Assembly: GCA_020444515.1 (NCBI GenBank)
Contig: JAHLKX010000002.1
Coordinates: forward strand, 672,817 to 736,816
Source: Bacteroidota bacterium
Lineage (GTDB): Bacteria > Bacteroidota > Bacteroidia > Bacteroidales > JAADJA01
Direction of reading: 5' to 3'
DNA: 64,000 bases
Made by a program: the position numbers and the translations under genes. Below the pieces are notes generated by a model, which was not told the origin of the DNA, did not search any database, and saw only the letters and a list, made by a program, of their open reading frames with translations. Shown here piece after piece: positions 1-8,990 of this stretch. Position 1 is the stretch's first letter. Each line of letters starts with the position of its first letter.

Positions 1-10
1 TTCCGGCTCC

Positions 11-1303
11 ATGGCCACTGACTTCATCATGGAAGCGGGTGTTTCTGCAGACAGTGTCTTTACTGACAACGTGCTTTCAAACACAATCCCTCTGAAAGTA
101 CCTTTCCAGTACCTCAGCAAGGTCAGGGATGATAATAAATTTCCATCAGAATACGATTACATCCACCTTATTCCCAAAACGGATGAGCTTGAAACCCTTA
201 CTGATAATATATTTAAAATGTCTGGAGAAAAATATTTCATCGACGGCAATCTTCACCTGGGGGCAAGTCTGTATATAGAAAAGGGTACTGAACTTTATTT
301 TAAGGAAGGTACTGGCGCTATACTGATTAATGGTACAATTGAGATACAGGACTGGACCGGCAGCGGGCCTGTGATCATGGATGGATTGGGCTCAGCTCCC
401 TGGAAAGGCATAGCGCTGGTGGGAAATTCACGTCTTTCCTTAAAGAATACTCAGCTTACCAATGCGGGTCATGGCACCTTCAATACACCCCTTTTCCAAT
501 CCGAACAACCCGCAGCCATTTATCAGGCAAACAATTATTCACTAACGGTTGAAAACACTGAAATAAAGAATTCTGGAGGATATGGGATCTATTATACAGG
601 AGGAGAAAACGGCATATTATATTTCAATCTCTTCAACTCGATTTACCAGAATACGCATTTCGCGGCTATCCGGTCCACAGTTGGGTCACTCCGCTATATG
701 TTGAAAAAGGATCATGGCAACACATTTCTCATGAATGATGGGGTTGCGGCAGTATTGATTGAAGCCGACGAGGAGTTTACCGAAGTACAGGGAACCTGGC
801 CTGCGCTGGGTGATGATAATTATTACCTGATCGATACGGATTTAAAACGCTTCAGCGATGTGTCATTTAAGATACTTGCCGGAGCCATTTTGAAATTTAC
901 AAAAGACAAACAGCTTATCTTTGATTATGAATTTGCTGATGCATTTTATTTCGGGGCAGAAGGCACACCGGATAATCCTATTATTTTTGACAGCGCCGAT
1001 CCAAATGCAAAATGGGGCGGAATAAGAGTCAATGGATTGTTTATCATGAAATATTGTGAGATAAGGAATGCAGGCAGCAACCTTTTGCCGGATGCACCTT
1101 TTCCAACGAATATTTTTGTCAATACCGATGTTCAAGCTGCCGCATTACCGAATCAATTTAAGAATTGCATAATTAGTGGAAGCGCAGGATATGGAGCCAT
1201 TGTGAATAAGTGGGTACAACCGGGATGGGATCCGGGCAATCCTGACAACAATATTGTGTTTGATGATAATGCTTTAGGAGATATTTTTTATATCTCTGAC
1301 TAA
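11..1303 (+). CDS. parallel beta-helix (PbH1-type) repeat protein, possibly 5'-truncated by the window edge
   Basis: 430-aa ORF with recurring beta-helix turn motifs (NTQLTNAGHG, NTEIKNSGGYGIYY, KNCIISGSAGYGAIV). The three codons before the ATG at 11 contain no stop, so the frame may continue upstream. Confidence 0.5.
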   Translation: MATDFIMEAGVSADSVFTDNVLSNTIPLKVPFQYLSKVRDDNKFPSEYDYIHLIPKTDELETLTDNIFKMSGEKYFIDGNLHLGASLYIEKGTELYFKEGTGAILINGTIEIQDWTGSGPVIMDGLGSAPWKGIALVGNSRLSLKNTQLTNAGHGTFNTPLFQSEQPAAIYQANNYSLTVENTEIKNSGGYGIYYTGGENGILYFNLFNSIYQNTHFAAIRSTVGSLRYMLKKDHGNTFLMNDGVAAVLIEADEEFTEVQGTWPALGDDNYYLIDTDLKRFSDVSFKILAGAILKFTKDKQLIFDYEFADAFYFGAEGTPDNPIIFDSADPNAKWGGIRVNGLFIMKYCEIRNAGSNLLPDAPFPTNIFVNTDVQAAALPNQFKNCIISGSAGYGAIVNKWVQPGWDPGNPDNNIVFDDNALGDIFYISD

Positions 1304-1332
1304 TTAGATAAGGACTTTGTTTTTGAAACACA

Positions 1333-1367
1333 AAAACCTCACAACCAATAAGTTATGAGGTTTTCTT
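1333..1367 (+). terminator. weak hairpin plus T-tract after the beta-helix gene
   Basis: aaaacctca (1333-1341) pairs with tgaggtttt (1356-1364), followed by ttttctt. The loop is long (14 nt) and the stem is AT-rich. Confidence 0.35.
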
Positions 1368-1370
1368 CCG

Positions 1371-1444
1371 TGGGCCCACCAGGACTTGAACCTGGGACCA
1401 CCTGATTATGAGTCAGGTGCTCTAACCAACTGAGCTATAGGCCC
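1371..1444 (-). tRNA. tRNA with CAU anticodon (elongator Met or lysidine-dependent Ile2)
   Basis: The reverse complement is a 74-nt cloverleaf: GGGCCTA acceptor stem, GCTCAGTTGGTTAGAGC D-arm, anticodon stem-loop CCTGA-CTCATAA-TCAGG, and GGTTCAAGTCC T-arm. It is not initiator-like because the anticodon stem lacks three G:C pairs. Confidence 0.9.
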
Positions 1445-1484
1445 GATTGAATAAAAATTATCCCAATGATTGGAAATAGGGGTG

Positions 1485-1492
1485 CAAATTTA
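1485..1492 (-). promoter_or_regulatory. Bacteroidota -7 box TAAATTTG upstream of tRNA-CAU
   Basis: Plus-strand caaattta is TAAATTTG on the minus strand, 40 nt upstream of the tRNA 5' end. Confidence 0.5.
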
Positions 1493-1533
1493 CAACTTTG
1501 CATCTCAATTTCAAAAACAAAAATTTAAAATAT

Positions 1534-2208
1534 ATGGCGGTCACCCCCGATAAATTGACTAGAATCAAAAATATTGTATTTGATTTTGGTGGTGTGATTA
1601 TCAATATCGATCATCACAAAGTTGAAAATGCCTTTAAGGAACTGGGAATTCATGATTTTGACAGGCTGTTCAGCCAGGCTTCACAATCCGAATTGTTTCA
1701 AAAATTGGAAGTTGGATTGATAAGTGAACAGGAGTTCAGGGATGATATCCGAAAATTAACCGGGCTGAAAATTAATGATGACAGGTTGGACAATACCTGG
1801 AATCAAATTATCGGTGATTATCCACCTCACCGCATTGAAGTGCTCAAACAAATCAAAAATAATTATAAGCTTTTCCTCCTCAGCAATACCAACAGCATTC
1901 ATTTTCGCCATTATATTTCAAAATTTCAATATGAATTTGGGTTTCCATTCATTTCCTTATTTGACCATACTTACTGGTCCTTCAAAATAGGGAAAAGAAA
2001 ACCTGATCCGGATCCCTACCAGTTCCTGCTGGACCAGGAAAAGCTGAATGCGGAAGAAACCCTGTTTATTGATGATTCGATTCAAAACATCCTCGCTGCA
2101 CAAAAATTGAATATCTTAGCGCTCCATTTAGATGACCATATGGATTTAGGATCGTTATTCATTGAGGGAAAACTCAATTATATGGTAGTCAATGATCTTG
2201 TGGAATGA
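1534..2208 (+). CDS. HAD-superfamily hydrolase (subfamily IA-like)
   Basis: Motif I is FDFGGVI, motif II is LLSNTN, and the C-terminal motif is FIDD. The ATG at 1534 is preferred over the TTG at 1498 used by the ORF track. Confidence 0.7.
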   Translation: MAVTPDKLTRIKNIVFDFGGVIINIDHHKVENAFKELGIHDFDRLFSQASQSELFQKLEVGLISEQEFRDDIRKLTGLKINDDRLDNTWNQIIGDYPPHRIEVLKQIKNNYKLFLLSNTNSIHFRHYISKFQYEFGFPFISLFDHTYWSFKIGKRKPDPDPYQFLLDQEKLNAEETLFIDDSIQNILAAQKLNILALHLDDHMDLGSLFIEGKLNYMVVNDLVE

Positions 2209-2232
2209 TCCTGCAATAAATGAAATGCTATC

Positions 2233-3180
2233 ATGCGCTTTTTTGAATACATACCCCGGTTGAAAGATCGTCCGTTTATCATCCAGCTGCTGGTGCTCAT
2301 ACTGATTATATTCGTTAGTACGGTTTTATTGATGGTTCTGGGAATTGTTGCAGCACTGCCTATTTATGGTTTGGATGCCATTTCGAGTCTGGGTATGGTT
2401 GATTATTCCGGTAATGCTGAATTGATTGGGTTTCTGAAATATTTCCAGGTAGTAAACCAGTTGGGTGTCTTTATTGTTCCAGCTATTGTTTTTGCCTACT
2501 TGTACAACAAGCAGCCTGCCTCTTATTTGCAAATAAACAGGAACTTTAGTTTTTCATTTTTGGTGCTGTCTGTGGTATTGATTCTGATAACCATTCCCTT
2601 TGTAAATCGCCTGGTTGAAATCAATGAGCAAATGCAGCTTCCAGGATTTATGTGGCGCCTCGAAAACTGGATGCGCAACAGTGAAGATCAGACCCGTGAA
2701 TTAACCGATGCATTTTTAAGTGTTTCCTCCATTTCGGGCCTTTTTGTTAACCTTTTGATTATAGCATTGCTGGCTGCTTTAAGTGAAGAACTGCTATTCA
2801 GAGGGGTGATCCTTCAATTATTTCATCAATCTACCCGCAATGTGCATCTGGCTGTAATCATTAGTGCTATTCTTTTCAGTGGCCTGCACATGCAATTTTA
2901 TGGATTTTTGCCCAGAACGCTTTTAGGCATCCTGTTTGGTTATCTGTTTGTCTGGTCGGGAAGTTTGTGGATACCGATCATCCTTCACTTTATTTTTAAT
3001 GGAATCAGTGTCGTGGCTGCCTATTTATATGAAATTGGCCGGATTCAAACAGATGTAGCCTCTTTGGGCACCAACCTGAACAATTTTGTTGTTCTTGGCA
3101 GCGCGCTGGGCTCATTGATTTTAATGCTGGTTTTAAACCGTAAATTTATTCAGTCTCAAAAGGTTGATGCATCACATTGA
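2233..3180 (+). CDS. CPBP (CAAX-type) intramembrane metalloprotease family protein
   Basis: Multi-pass membrane protein carrying the family motifs SEELLFRG, FSGLH and HFIFNG. Confidence 0.8.
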   Translation: MRFFEYIPRLKDRPFIIQLLVLILIIFVSTVLLMVLGIVAALPIYGLDAISSLGMVDYSGNAELIGFLKYFQVVNQLGVFIVPAIVFAYLYNKQPASYLQINRNFSFSFLVLSVVLILITIPFVNRLVEINEQMQLPGFMWRLENWMRNSEDQTRELTDAFLSVSSISGLFVNLLIIALLAALSEELLFRGVILQLFHQSTRNVHLAVIISAILFSGLHMQFYGFLPRTLLGILFGYLFVWSGSLWIPIILHFIFNGISVVAAYLYEIGRIQTDVASLGTNLNNFVVLGSALGSLILMLVLNRKFIQSQKVDASH

Positions 3181-3402
3181 AAAGTTTTCAGAAGGTATTC
3201 TTTGTCAACCAGTATTTTGTGTGCTGTATAATTGATCTTTCAATCATTGACTTTTATTAATTCATGCTCACCTGGAATCCGATATGAATATGATCCACTG
3301 GTAATATTTTCTCTCATTCCTGAATTGTATTGCTTTTTCTGAGACGGGACGTGTGATTAAAATCAACTGCGCAAGCGGTTGTATAGGTTTTAAGAAGAGA
3401 GC

Positions 3403-3437
3403 AAAAAAAGAAGGAGATGAATCGAGCTCATCTCCTT
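3403..3437 (-). terminator. rho-independent terminator of the exbB-exbD operon
   Basis: 10-bp stem aaggagatga / tcatctcctt (3411-3420 / 3428-3437). On the minus strand it is followed by a T-run (plus-strand aaaaaaa at 3403-3409). Confidence 0.65.
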
Positions 3438-3461
3438 CTTTAGATTAATTTATGCATCTGG

Positions 3462-3932
3462 TTACTTTTGTGTATCCAGCTTTTTGGCGGTAGAGTAGTT
3501 GATTTTAAAAGCACCTACTTCCCGCAGTTCCTGTTTGACATCGGTAACTATTCCCATCTTGGTATCCTTATTAACCTTTAGCGAAGTTGTGATCAATTGC
3601 CTTTCTGCTTCATCGCGTTGTGACCGGCCCAGCTCAATAAATTCACGAATATCTTTGATATCGGTTGCAAACTGATCATTGAGTTGGATCCGGGAGTCGG
3701 TTCCAAGGGCCTTCTTGAGGGGAGGGCCGATATAAATGTAATCCACAAGGGATTTTTTCTCCAGCTTCTGTACTTCTGTTGCCTGTGGAGGAGTGATCTT
3801 AACCAGAAGGGTTGCTTCCCGCATGGTAGTCGTTACCATAAAGAAGAAAAGCAACATAAAAATGATGTCCGGCAAAGATGCAGTAGAAATTGCTGGCGTT
3901 CCTTTTCCTCCTTTTTTCATGAATTTTGCCAT
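3462..3932 (-). CDS. exbD: ExbD/TolR biopolymer transport protein
   Basis: 156 aa with an N-terminal anchor SLPDIIFMLLFFFMVTTTM typical of ExbD. Its start lies 1 nt after the stop of the upstream exbD. Confidence 0.85.
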   Translation of the reverse strand: MAKFMKKGGKGTPAISTASLPDIIFMLLFFFMVTTTMREATLLVKITPPQATEVQKLEKKSLVDYIYIGPPLKKALGTDSRIQLNDQFATDIKDIREFIELGRSQRDEAERQLITTSLKVNKDTKMGIVTDVKQELREVGAFKINYSTAKKLDTQK

Positions 3933-3933
3933 A

Positions 3934-4524
3934 TTAATTTCCTCCTATATCTTCAGGTTCAGCTTCAGAGATTGCAACAGGAATTGCTTTCTGAATAGAC
4001 TTTATTTTTTCTTCATCCGTCAGCTGGCTGAATTTCATACCGAAGAAATTCTGTGACATTTCATCCCTCAGCTCACGGATAGCTGCCGCTAGCTCATTTT
4101 GAACCTGTATGTACATGTCGTAGGATGTCCCCCGGTCATTCTTGAGTGATATAATCCCTTTCGAAATCCAAACGGTTCCGCCAAGCAGTGGAATATCCAC
4201 TTCTTTCTTTTCAGGACGGTCATCCGGTACAGCTCCATTCCGCAGATTCTTATTGGCAAGAAATTCCTTTGCTTCCTGACGTAAAAAACGAATATCGCCG
4301 GGTTCACCATTTACCAGAAGACGGTCATTTTTATTGACCAAAACTTTGAAAATATTACGTTCTTTTACTTTGATATCTTCCATGTCCTCAGGAGGTGGGG
4401 GTGGCAATTTCCGTGTGATCCCTGTATCAGTATCCATGGTAGTGGTCACCAAAAAGAAGATCAACAGCAGGAAGGCGATATCCGCCATAGAACCGGCATT
4501 AATTTCATTAACTGGTCTAGCCAT
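3934..4524 (-). CDS. exbD: ExbD/TolR biopolymer transport protein (long form)
   Basis: 196 aa with the anchor MADIAFLLLIFFLVTTTM and a periplasmic ExbD-type domain. Confidence 0.85.
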   Translation of the reverse strand: MARPVNEINAGSMADIAFLLLIFFLVTTTMDTDTGITRKLPPPPPEDMEDIKVKERNIFKVLVNKNDRLLVNGEPGDIRFLRQEAKEFLANKNLRNGAVPDDRPEKKEVDIPLLGGTVWISKGIISLKNDRGTSYDMYIQVQNELAAAIRELRDEMSQNFFGMKFSQLTDEEKIKSIQKAIPVAISEAEPEDIGGN

Positions 4525-4536
4525 AATACATTATCT

Positions 4537-4974
4537 TTATTTAAATAACCCGGCAATACCGGAAAATATGATTGAAACAACTGCAATACCTCCTACAATA
4601 TAGGTAAAATAAAGAGCAGCACCTACCGATTTAGAGACTTCGGCAGTGGTTTCTAATTCTTCGAGTTGGACAATGTTAAAAGAGTTTGTTGCAATGCTGT
4701 AGCATATGAACCCGATAACGACGAATCCAGCAAGACCTATCAACACTTTCAGGGCATTTTTTGGATTCTGAATCATGAATAAGATCGGGAACAGAATAGC
4801 CAGAATTGCAGCAATGGCCAGGGCAACATAAGCCAAACGGGCATAGTTGTCAAGAACACTGCTTCCCACCAATCCATCTTCTCCTTTTACCAGGACAATG
4901 ATCTGCAGGATCACTGCCAGGCCAATCAGAATAAAGGAAATGGCTTTGAATACATTCAGAATAATTTTATCCAT
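4537..4974 (-). CDS. small polytopic membrane protein of unknown function inside the exb operon
   Basis: 145 aa with about four hydrophobic spans and no recognisable motif. It lies between exbB and exbD with gaps of only 6 and 12 nt. Confidence 0.6.
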   Translation of the reverse strand: MDKIILNVFKAISFILIGLAVILQIIVLVKGEDGLVGSSVLDNYARLAYVALAIAAILAILFPILFMIQNPKNALKVLIGLAGFVVIGFICYSIATNSFNIVQLEELETTAEVSKSVGAALYFTYIVGGIAVVSIIFSGIAGLFK

Positions 4975-4980
4975 GATCGT

Positions 4981-5802
4981 TTATTTTTTTGAGTGTTTAG
5001 CAAGAATATCAACAAAAGTAATGGAGCTGTCTTCCATATCATTCACCAGACTGTCAATTTTAGCTACGAGATAGTTGTAGAAAATCTGGAGAATAATAGC
5101 AACGATCAGACCAAATACAGTTGTTAAAAGGGCGACTTTAATACCACCAGCAACAATGGTCGGGGAGATATCACCAACAGCTTCAATATCATCAAAAGCC
5201 TGGATCATCCCGATAACCGTACCCATAAATCCAAGCATCGGTGCAAGTGCAATAAACAGGGCTACCCAGCTCAATCCTTTTTCAAGGCGTCCCATCAAAA
5301 CACCGCCATAGGAAATGATTGATTTTTCAACCACATCGAGGCCCTCATTGAACCTGTCAAGGCCTTGCAGAAATATACCTGCAACGGGTCCACGGGTGTT
5401 TTTGCATACCTCTTTGGCTGCATCAATGCCACCATTTTCAAGTGAGGTTTCAACTTTATTGAGAAGCTTCTGAGTGTTGGTGGTGGATAAATTCAGGTAA
5501 ATGATCCTTTCAATTGCAAGGGCCAAACCTAGAATCAGGGTAAGCAATACAATACCCATAAATCCGGGGCTACCTTCAATGAATTTTTCCTTTAACACCT
5601 GGTGGAATGACTTGGGCTCTTCGGTTTCCGGCTCCAAAGGAGCAGCCGTGGTGGAAGCTGGAGTAACAGCGGTATCAACCATGGTTGTATCCTGCTGCAT
5701 CATAGCCGTGTCGTCACCGGTTTCTTCCTGTGCCAAAACCACATTTGTAATTCCTAAAGTTAGCAATCCTGCTAAAGTCAAAAAGGCAATTAATCTTTTC
5801 AT
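4981..5802 (-). CDS. exbB: MotA/TolQ/ExbB proton-channel protein
   Basis: 273 aa with a signal peptide, an acidic/Thr-rich periplasmic extension, and a C-terminal channel core (LAPMLGFMGTVIGMIQAF, VALLTTVFGLIVAI). Confidence 0.85.
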   Translation of the reverse strand: MKRLIAFLTLAGLLTLGITNVVLAQEETGDDTAMMQQDTTMVDTAVTPASTTAAPLEPETEEPKSFHQVLKEKFIEGSPGFMGIVLLTLILGLALAIERIIYLNLSTTNTQKLLNKVETSLENGGIDAAKEVCKNTRGPVAGIFLQGLDRFNEGLDVVEKSIISYGGVLMGRLEKGLSWVALFIALAPMLGFMGTVIGMIQAFDDIEAVGDISPTIVAGGIKVALLTTVFGLIVAIILQIFYNYLVAKIDSLVNDMEDSSITFVDILAKHSKK

Positions 5803-5874
5803 TGTTAATTTTTATTGATTCGTAAATTATTAAACTTATTACCTGTCTTTTTTATTGTTTTCAATGCCACGCTG

Positions 5875-5962
5875 CGGAGAGAGAGGGATTCGAACCCTCG
5901 GTACGCTTTTGGCGTACACACACTTTCCAGGCGTGCACCTTCAGCCACTCGGTCACCTCTCC
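5875..5962 (-). tRNA. tRNA-Ser (GGA)
   Basis: The reverse complement is an 88-nt tRNA: GGAGAGG acceptor stem, anticodon loop CTGGAAA, long variable arm, and GGTTCGAATCC T-loop. Confidence 0.9.
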
Positions 5963-6054
5963 TTCTAAGTCATTTAGGCTCTTTGAGTTTCACATTTTAA
6001 CAGGGGGCTAAAGTACAAAAAAATTCATTTTAAAAGAATCTCCCCTATATTTTT

Positions 6055-7089
6055 TTAATCGTTGGTCGTCATTTCACCAATCACCGAAACATCTAATAAA
6101 TTCAATATTTCCTGGCGATTTGGATAATTCCCCAACAGGTACATCAGCTTTGTGATGGCTGCTTCCGTTGTAATATCGTGTCCACTGATCACACCCACCT
6201 CTTTTAACCGCATGCTCGTGGCATACTTTCCCATCTCTACTTTACCCACCTGGCACTGTGTTACATTCAGAACAATCAGTCCTTTTGAGATCGCTTCTCG
6301 AAGCATTTCCAGGAACCAATCTTCATCCGGGGCATTGCCTGATCCAAAAGTTTCAAGAACCAGAGCCTTTAAATCTTTTATTTTCAGGAAGGCTTTTACA
6401 ACCTCAGGTGTAATTCCCGGATATAATTTTAAAATGGCAACATGGTCATCGAAATGACGGTTAACCTTTAATTTTTTAAAATTGGGTTTATGAATGGCAG
6501 TTCGGTTATAATCCACCGACACACCTGCTATTGCCAGGACCGGATAATTGGAAGACCGAAAAGCTTCAAAATTTTGTGCATTGAACTTGTGGGTTCGGTT
6601 TCCCCGATATAACTGGTTTTCAAAACAAATGCAGACTTCAGGTACAATGGGTGTTTCATCCTCTTTGGCTGCGGCTATTTCGACTGACGTAAGCAGGTTC
6701 TCGCGCCCATCGGTACGGATCATTCCCAGGGGTAATTGAGAACCGGTTAATATGACAGGTTTGTTAAGGTTTTGGAGCATGAAACTTAAAGCCGAAGCGG
6801 TAAAAGCCATGGTATCAGAACCATGCAATATCACAAATCCATCATACAGTTCGTATTTTTCTTCTATCACAACTGCAATGGATGCCCATACCTCCGGATT
6901 CATGTTGGATGAATCAATGAGCGGATCAAAACAGTAGTGATCAATATCATAATTGAATAACCTGAGGGTAGGAATCAGGTCAAACAGGTTGTCAAAGTCG
7001 ACAGGTTTCAAAGCTCCGGTCTTTTCATCTCTCACCATCCCAATGGTACCACCTGTGTTCAGGATCAATATTTTTGGCTTTTCATGCAT
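6055..7089 (-). CDS. ansA: L-asparaginase, type I (cytoplasmic)
   Basis: Carries LNTGGTIGM and HGSDTMAFTA catalytic motifs. The start is moved to the ATG at 7089 (MHEKPKILIL), which overlaps the tatD stop by 8 nt (ATGCATGA). Confidence 0.85.
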   Translation of the reverse strand: MHEKPKILILNTGGTIGMVRDEKTGALKPVDFDNLFDLIPTLRLFNYDIDHYCFDPLIDSSNMNPEVWASIAVVIEEKYELYDGFVILHGSDTMAFTASALSFMLQNLNKPVILTGSQLPLGMIRTDGRENLLTSVEIAAAKEDETPIVPEVCICFENQLYRGNRTHKFNAQNFEAFRSSNYPVLAIAGVSVDYNRTAIHKPNFKKLKVNRHFDDHVAILKLYPGITPEVVKAFLKIKDLKALVLETFGSGNAPDEDWFLEMLREAISKGLIVLNVTQCQVGKVEMGKYATSMRLKEVGVISGHDITTEAAITKLMYLLGNYPNRQEILNLLDVSVIGEMTTND

Positions 7090-7861
7090 GGTCAGTGAAT
7101 TTAAAGAGGTCAATGGCATTTTGCGTTGTTCTGTCAGCAACTTCATCTTTGCTGATTTTTTTTACCTCGCTGATTTTATTGGCGATAAGATTGATGTAGG
7201 CACTTTCATTGCGTTTGCCCCTGAAAGGTGCAGGAGCCAGAAAGGGGGCATCTGTTTCGAGCAATATGTGTTTTAAATCAACGGATTCAATGACCTTATC
7301 CATTCCTGAATTTTTAAACGTCAACACACCGCCGATGCCCAGATAAAATCCAAGGTCAATGGCTGAATTGGCTTGTTTGAGGGAACCAGTAAAACAATGA
7401 AAAACACCCCGAATCCCGGCATCCTTATAATCTGTAAGGACTGCCATGATTTCATCAAACGATTCCCGGGAGTGTATGACAATGGGCAGGTTTTTTTTCA
7501 TTGCTAATTCAATTTGAAATCGAAAAGCTTCTTCCTGCTGTTTTTGAAAGGACTTATCCCAATAAAGGTCGATCCCAATCTCACCAACTGCCACAAAATG
7601 CTTCTTTTCAAACCATTCAGCAACAATGTCAAGTTCATTCCGGTAGTTGTCTTTTACTGATGTAGGATGGAGACCCATCATCGGAAAACAGGTTTCAGGA
7701 AATTTGAAACAAAGGTTTAACATATCCTTCGCCGAACCGCTATCGATATTGGGCAACAGCATATATTTTATACCCTGGTCAATAGCCCTTTGCACCACTT
7801 CATGGCGGTCATCATTAAAAGCATCGAGGTAAAGATGGGTATGGGTGTCAGTAAAAATCAT
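7082..7861 (-). CDS. tatD: TatD-family metal-dependent hydrolase/DNase
   Basis: Carries DTHTHL, GEIGIDLYW, IHSR and ETDAPFL motifs over 259 aa. Confidence 0.85.
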   Translation of the reverse strand: MIFTDTHTHLYLDAFNDDRHEVVQRAIDQGIKYMLLPNIDSGSAKDMLNLCFKFPETCFPMMGLHPTSVKDNYRNELDIVAEWFEKKHFVAVGEIGIDLYWDKSFQKQQEEAFRFQIELAMKKNLPIVIHSRESFDEIMAVLTDYKDAGIRGVFHCFTGSLKQANSAIDLGFYLGIGGVLTFKNSGMDKVIESVDLKHILLETDAPFLAPAPFRGKRNESAYINLIANKISEVKKISKDEVADRTTQNAIDLFKFTDHA

Positions 7862-7865
7862 GGTG

Positions 7866-7873
7866 CAAAAGTA
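7866..7873 (-). promoter_or_regulatory. -7 box TACTTTTG only 4 nt upstream of the tatD ATG
   Basis: Plus-strand caaaagta at 7866-7873, with the tatD start codon at 7861-7859. Confidence 0.4.
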
Positions 7874-7976
7874 GGAGAAATTCTGCTCAATGGTAAATGC
7901 ATAGTGCAGGTTTTAAATTGCACATTTTCAACCAACAGGACAACATCATCAATTGAGTCGTTTTTAATTTTTACTT

Positions 7977-8951
7977 TTGAAAAAAAATGTCTTGCGGAAA
8001 TTTCTGATCATACGATTCAGTTCCATCGGTGATATTGTTTTAACCACGCCCATTGTCCGATGCCTTAAAAAGCAGGTTCCGGAGGCGGAGGTACATTTTC
8101 TAACCAAATCATCCTTCAAACCTATTCTGGAGGCCAATCCTTATATTGATAAAATTTATACCATTTCTGAAAAAATCATTGAAGTACTTCCTGATTTGAA
8201 AAATGAGCATTTCGAACAAATCATTGACTTGCACAAGAATTTCAGATCCAGGGGGGTGATCATGCATTTGAAAAAACCTGCTGCATCTTTCAATAAAGTG
8301 AATTTTAAAAAATGGCTGGCGGTCAATCTAAAGATCAATCGCTTACCTGAAATCCATATTGTCGACCGCTATTTTGAAGCGGTCAAAAACCTGGGTGTGA
8401 AAAACGACTTTCAAGGCCTCGATTATTTTGTCCCTGAAAAGGATGAAGTGAGCAAAGACAAACTTCCTGAGGGTTTTCGGGAGGGATATATTGGTTGGGT
8501 CATTGGCGGAAAACATCACACCAAAATTTATCCTGAAGAAAAGGTTATTGAGGTTATCTTGAAATCAAACAAAAAATTTATTCTTCTTGGGGGACCAGAA
8601 GACCGGGAGAAAGGAGAAAGAATTGTTGCAGCAATTGGTGAACGTGTTTACAATGCATGTGGAAGGTATAACCTCAACCAGTCGGCATCACTGGTTAAGC
8701 AAGCCAATAAAATTGTTACCAATGACACTGGCCTGATGCACATTGCCGCTGCATTCAACAAAGAAATCATTAGTCTTTGGGGAAACACCATCCCTGAATT
8801 TGGCATGTACCCCTATCTTCCGGGAAATAAAGAAAAGTCAACGATACTTGAGGTAAAAGGTCTATCATGCCGTCCATGCAGCAAACTTGGGTTTGAAAAA
8901 TGCCCCAAAAGACATTTTAAATGCATGAATGAAATTAATTTTAATCTGTAA
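7977..8951 (+). CDS. glycosyltransferase family 9 (LPS heptosyltransferase-like)
   Basis: N-terminus ILIIRFSSIGDIVLTTPIVRCLKKQ and C-terminal VTNDTGLMHIAAA are typical GT9 motifs. The start is a TTG and is uncertain. Confidence 0.75.
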   Translation: MKKNVLRKFLIIRFSSIGDIVLTTPIVRCLKKQVPEAEVHFLTKSSFKPILEANPYIDKIYTISEKIIEVLPDLKNEHFEQIIDLHKNFRSRGVIMHLKKPAASFNKVNFKKWLAVNLKINRLPEIHIVDRYFEAVKNLGVKNDFQGLDYFVPEKDEVSKDKLPEGFREGYIGWVIGGKHHTKIYPEEKVIEVILKSNKKFILLGGPEDREKGERIVAAIGERVYNACGRYNLNQSASLVKQANKIVTNDTGLMHIAAAFNKEIISLWGNTIPEFGMYPYLPGNKEKSTILEVKGLSCRPCSKLGFEKCPKRHFKCMNEINFNL

Positions 8952-8990
8952 TTCGGCAAAATTCAGAGCCTTTAGCTTCCAGTCCGAAAC

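Noticed and set aside
863-1135. 90-aa minus-strand ORF inside the beta-helix gene.
   Set aside because: It is an antisense shadow ORF, and the plus-strand frame carries the repeat motifs.
3181-3402. A 280-nt convergent intergenic region, examined for an sRNA, SRP RNA or small ORF.
   Set aside because: I found only a GNRA-tetraloop hairpin (caactgc-gcaa-gcggttg, 3364-3381) and no promoter box, conserved RNA motif or credible ORF. That is not enough to call a feature.
5815-6000. 61-aa plus-strand ORF.
   Set aside because: It lies directly across tRNA-Ser(GGA) on the opposite strand and is a spurious ORF.
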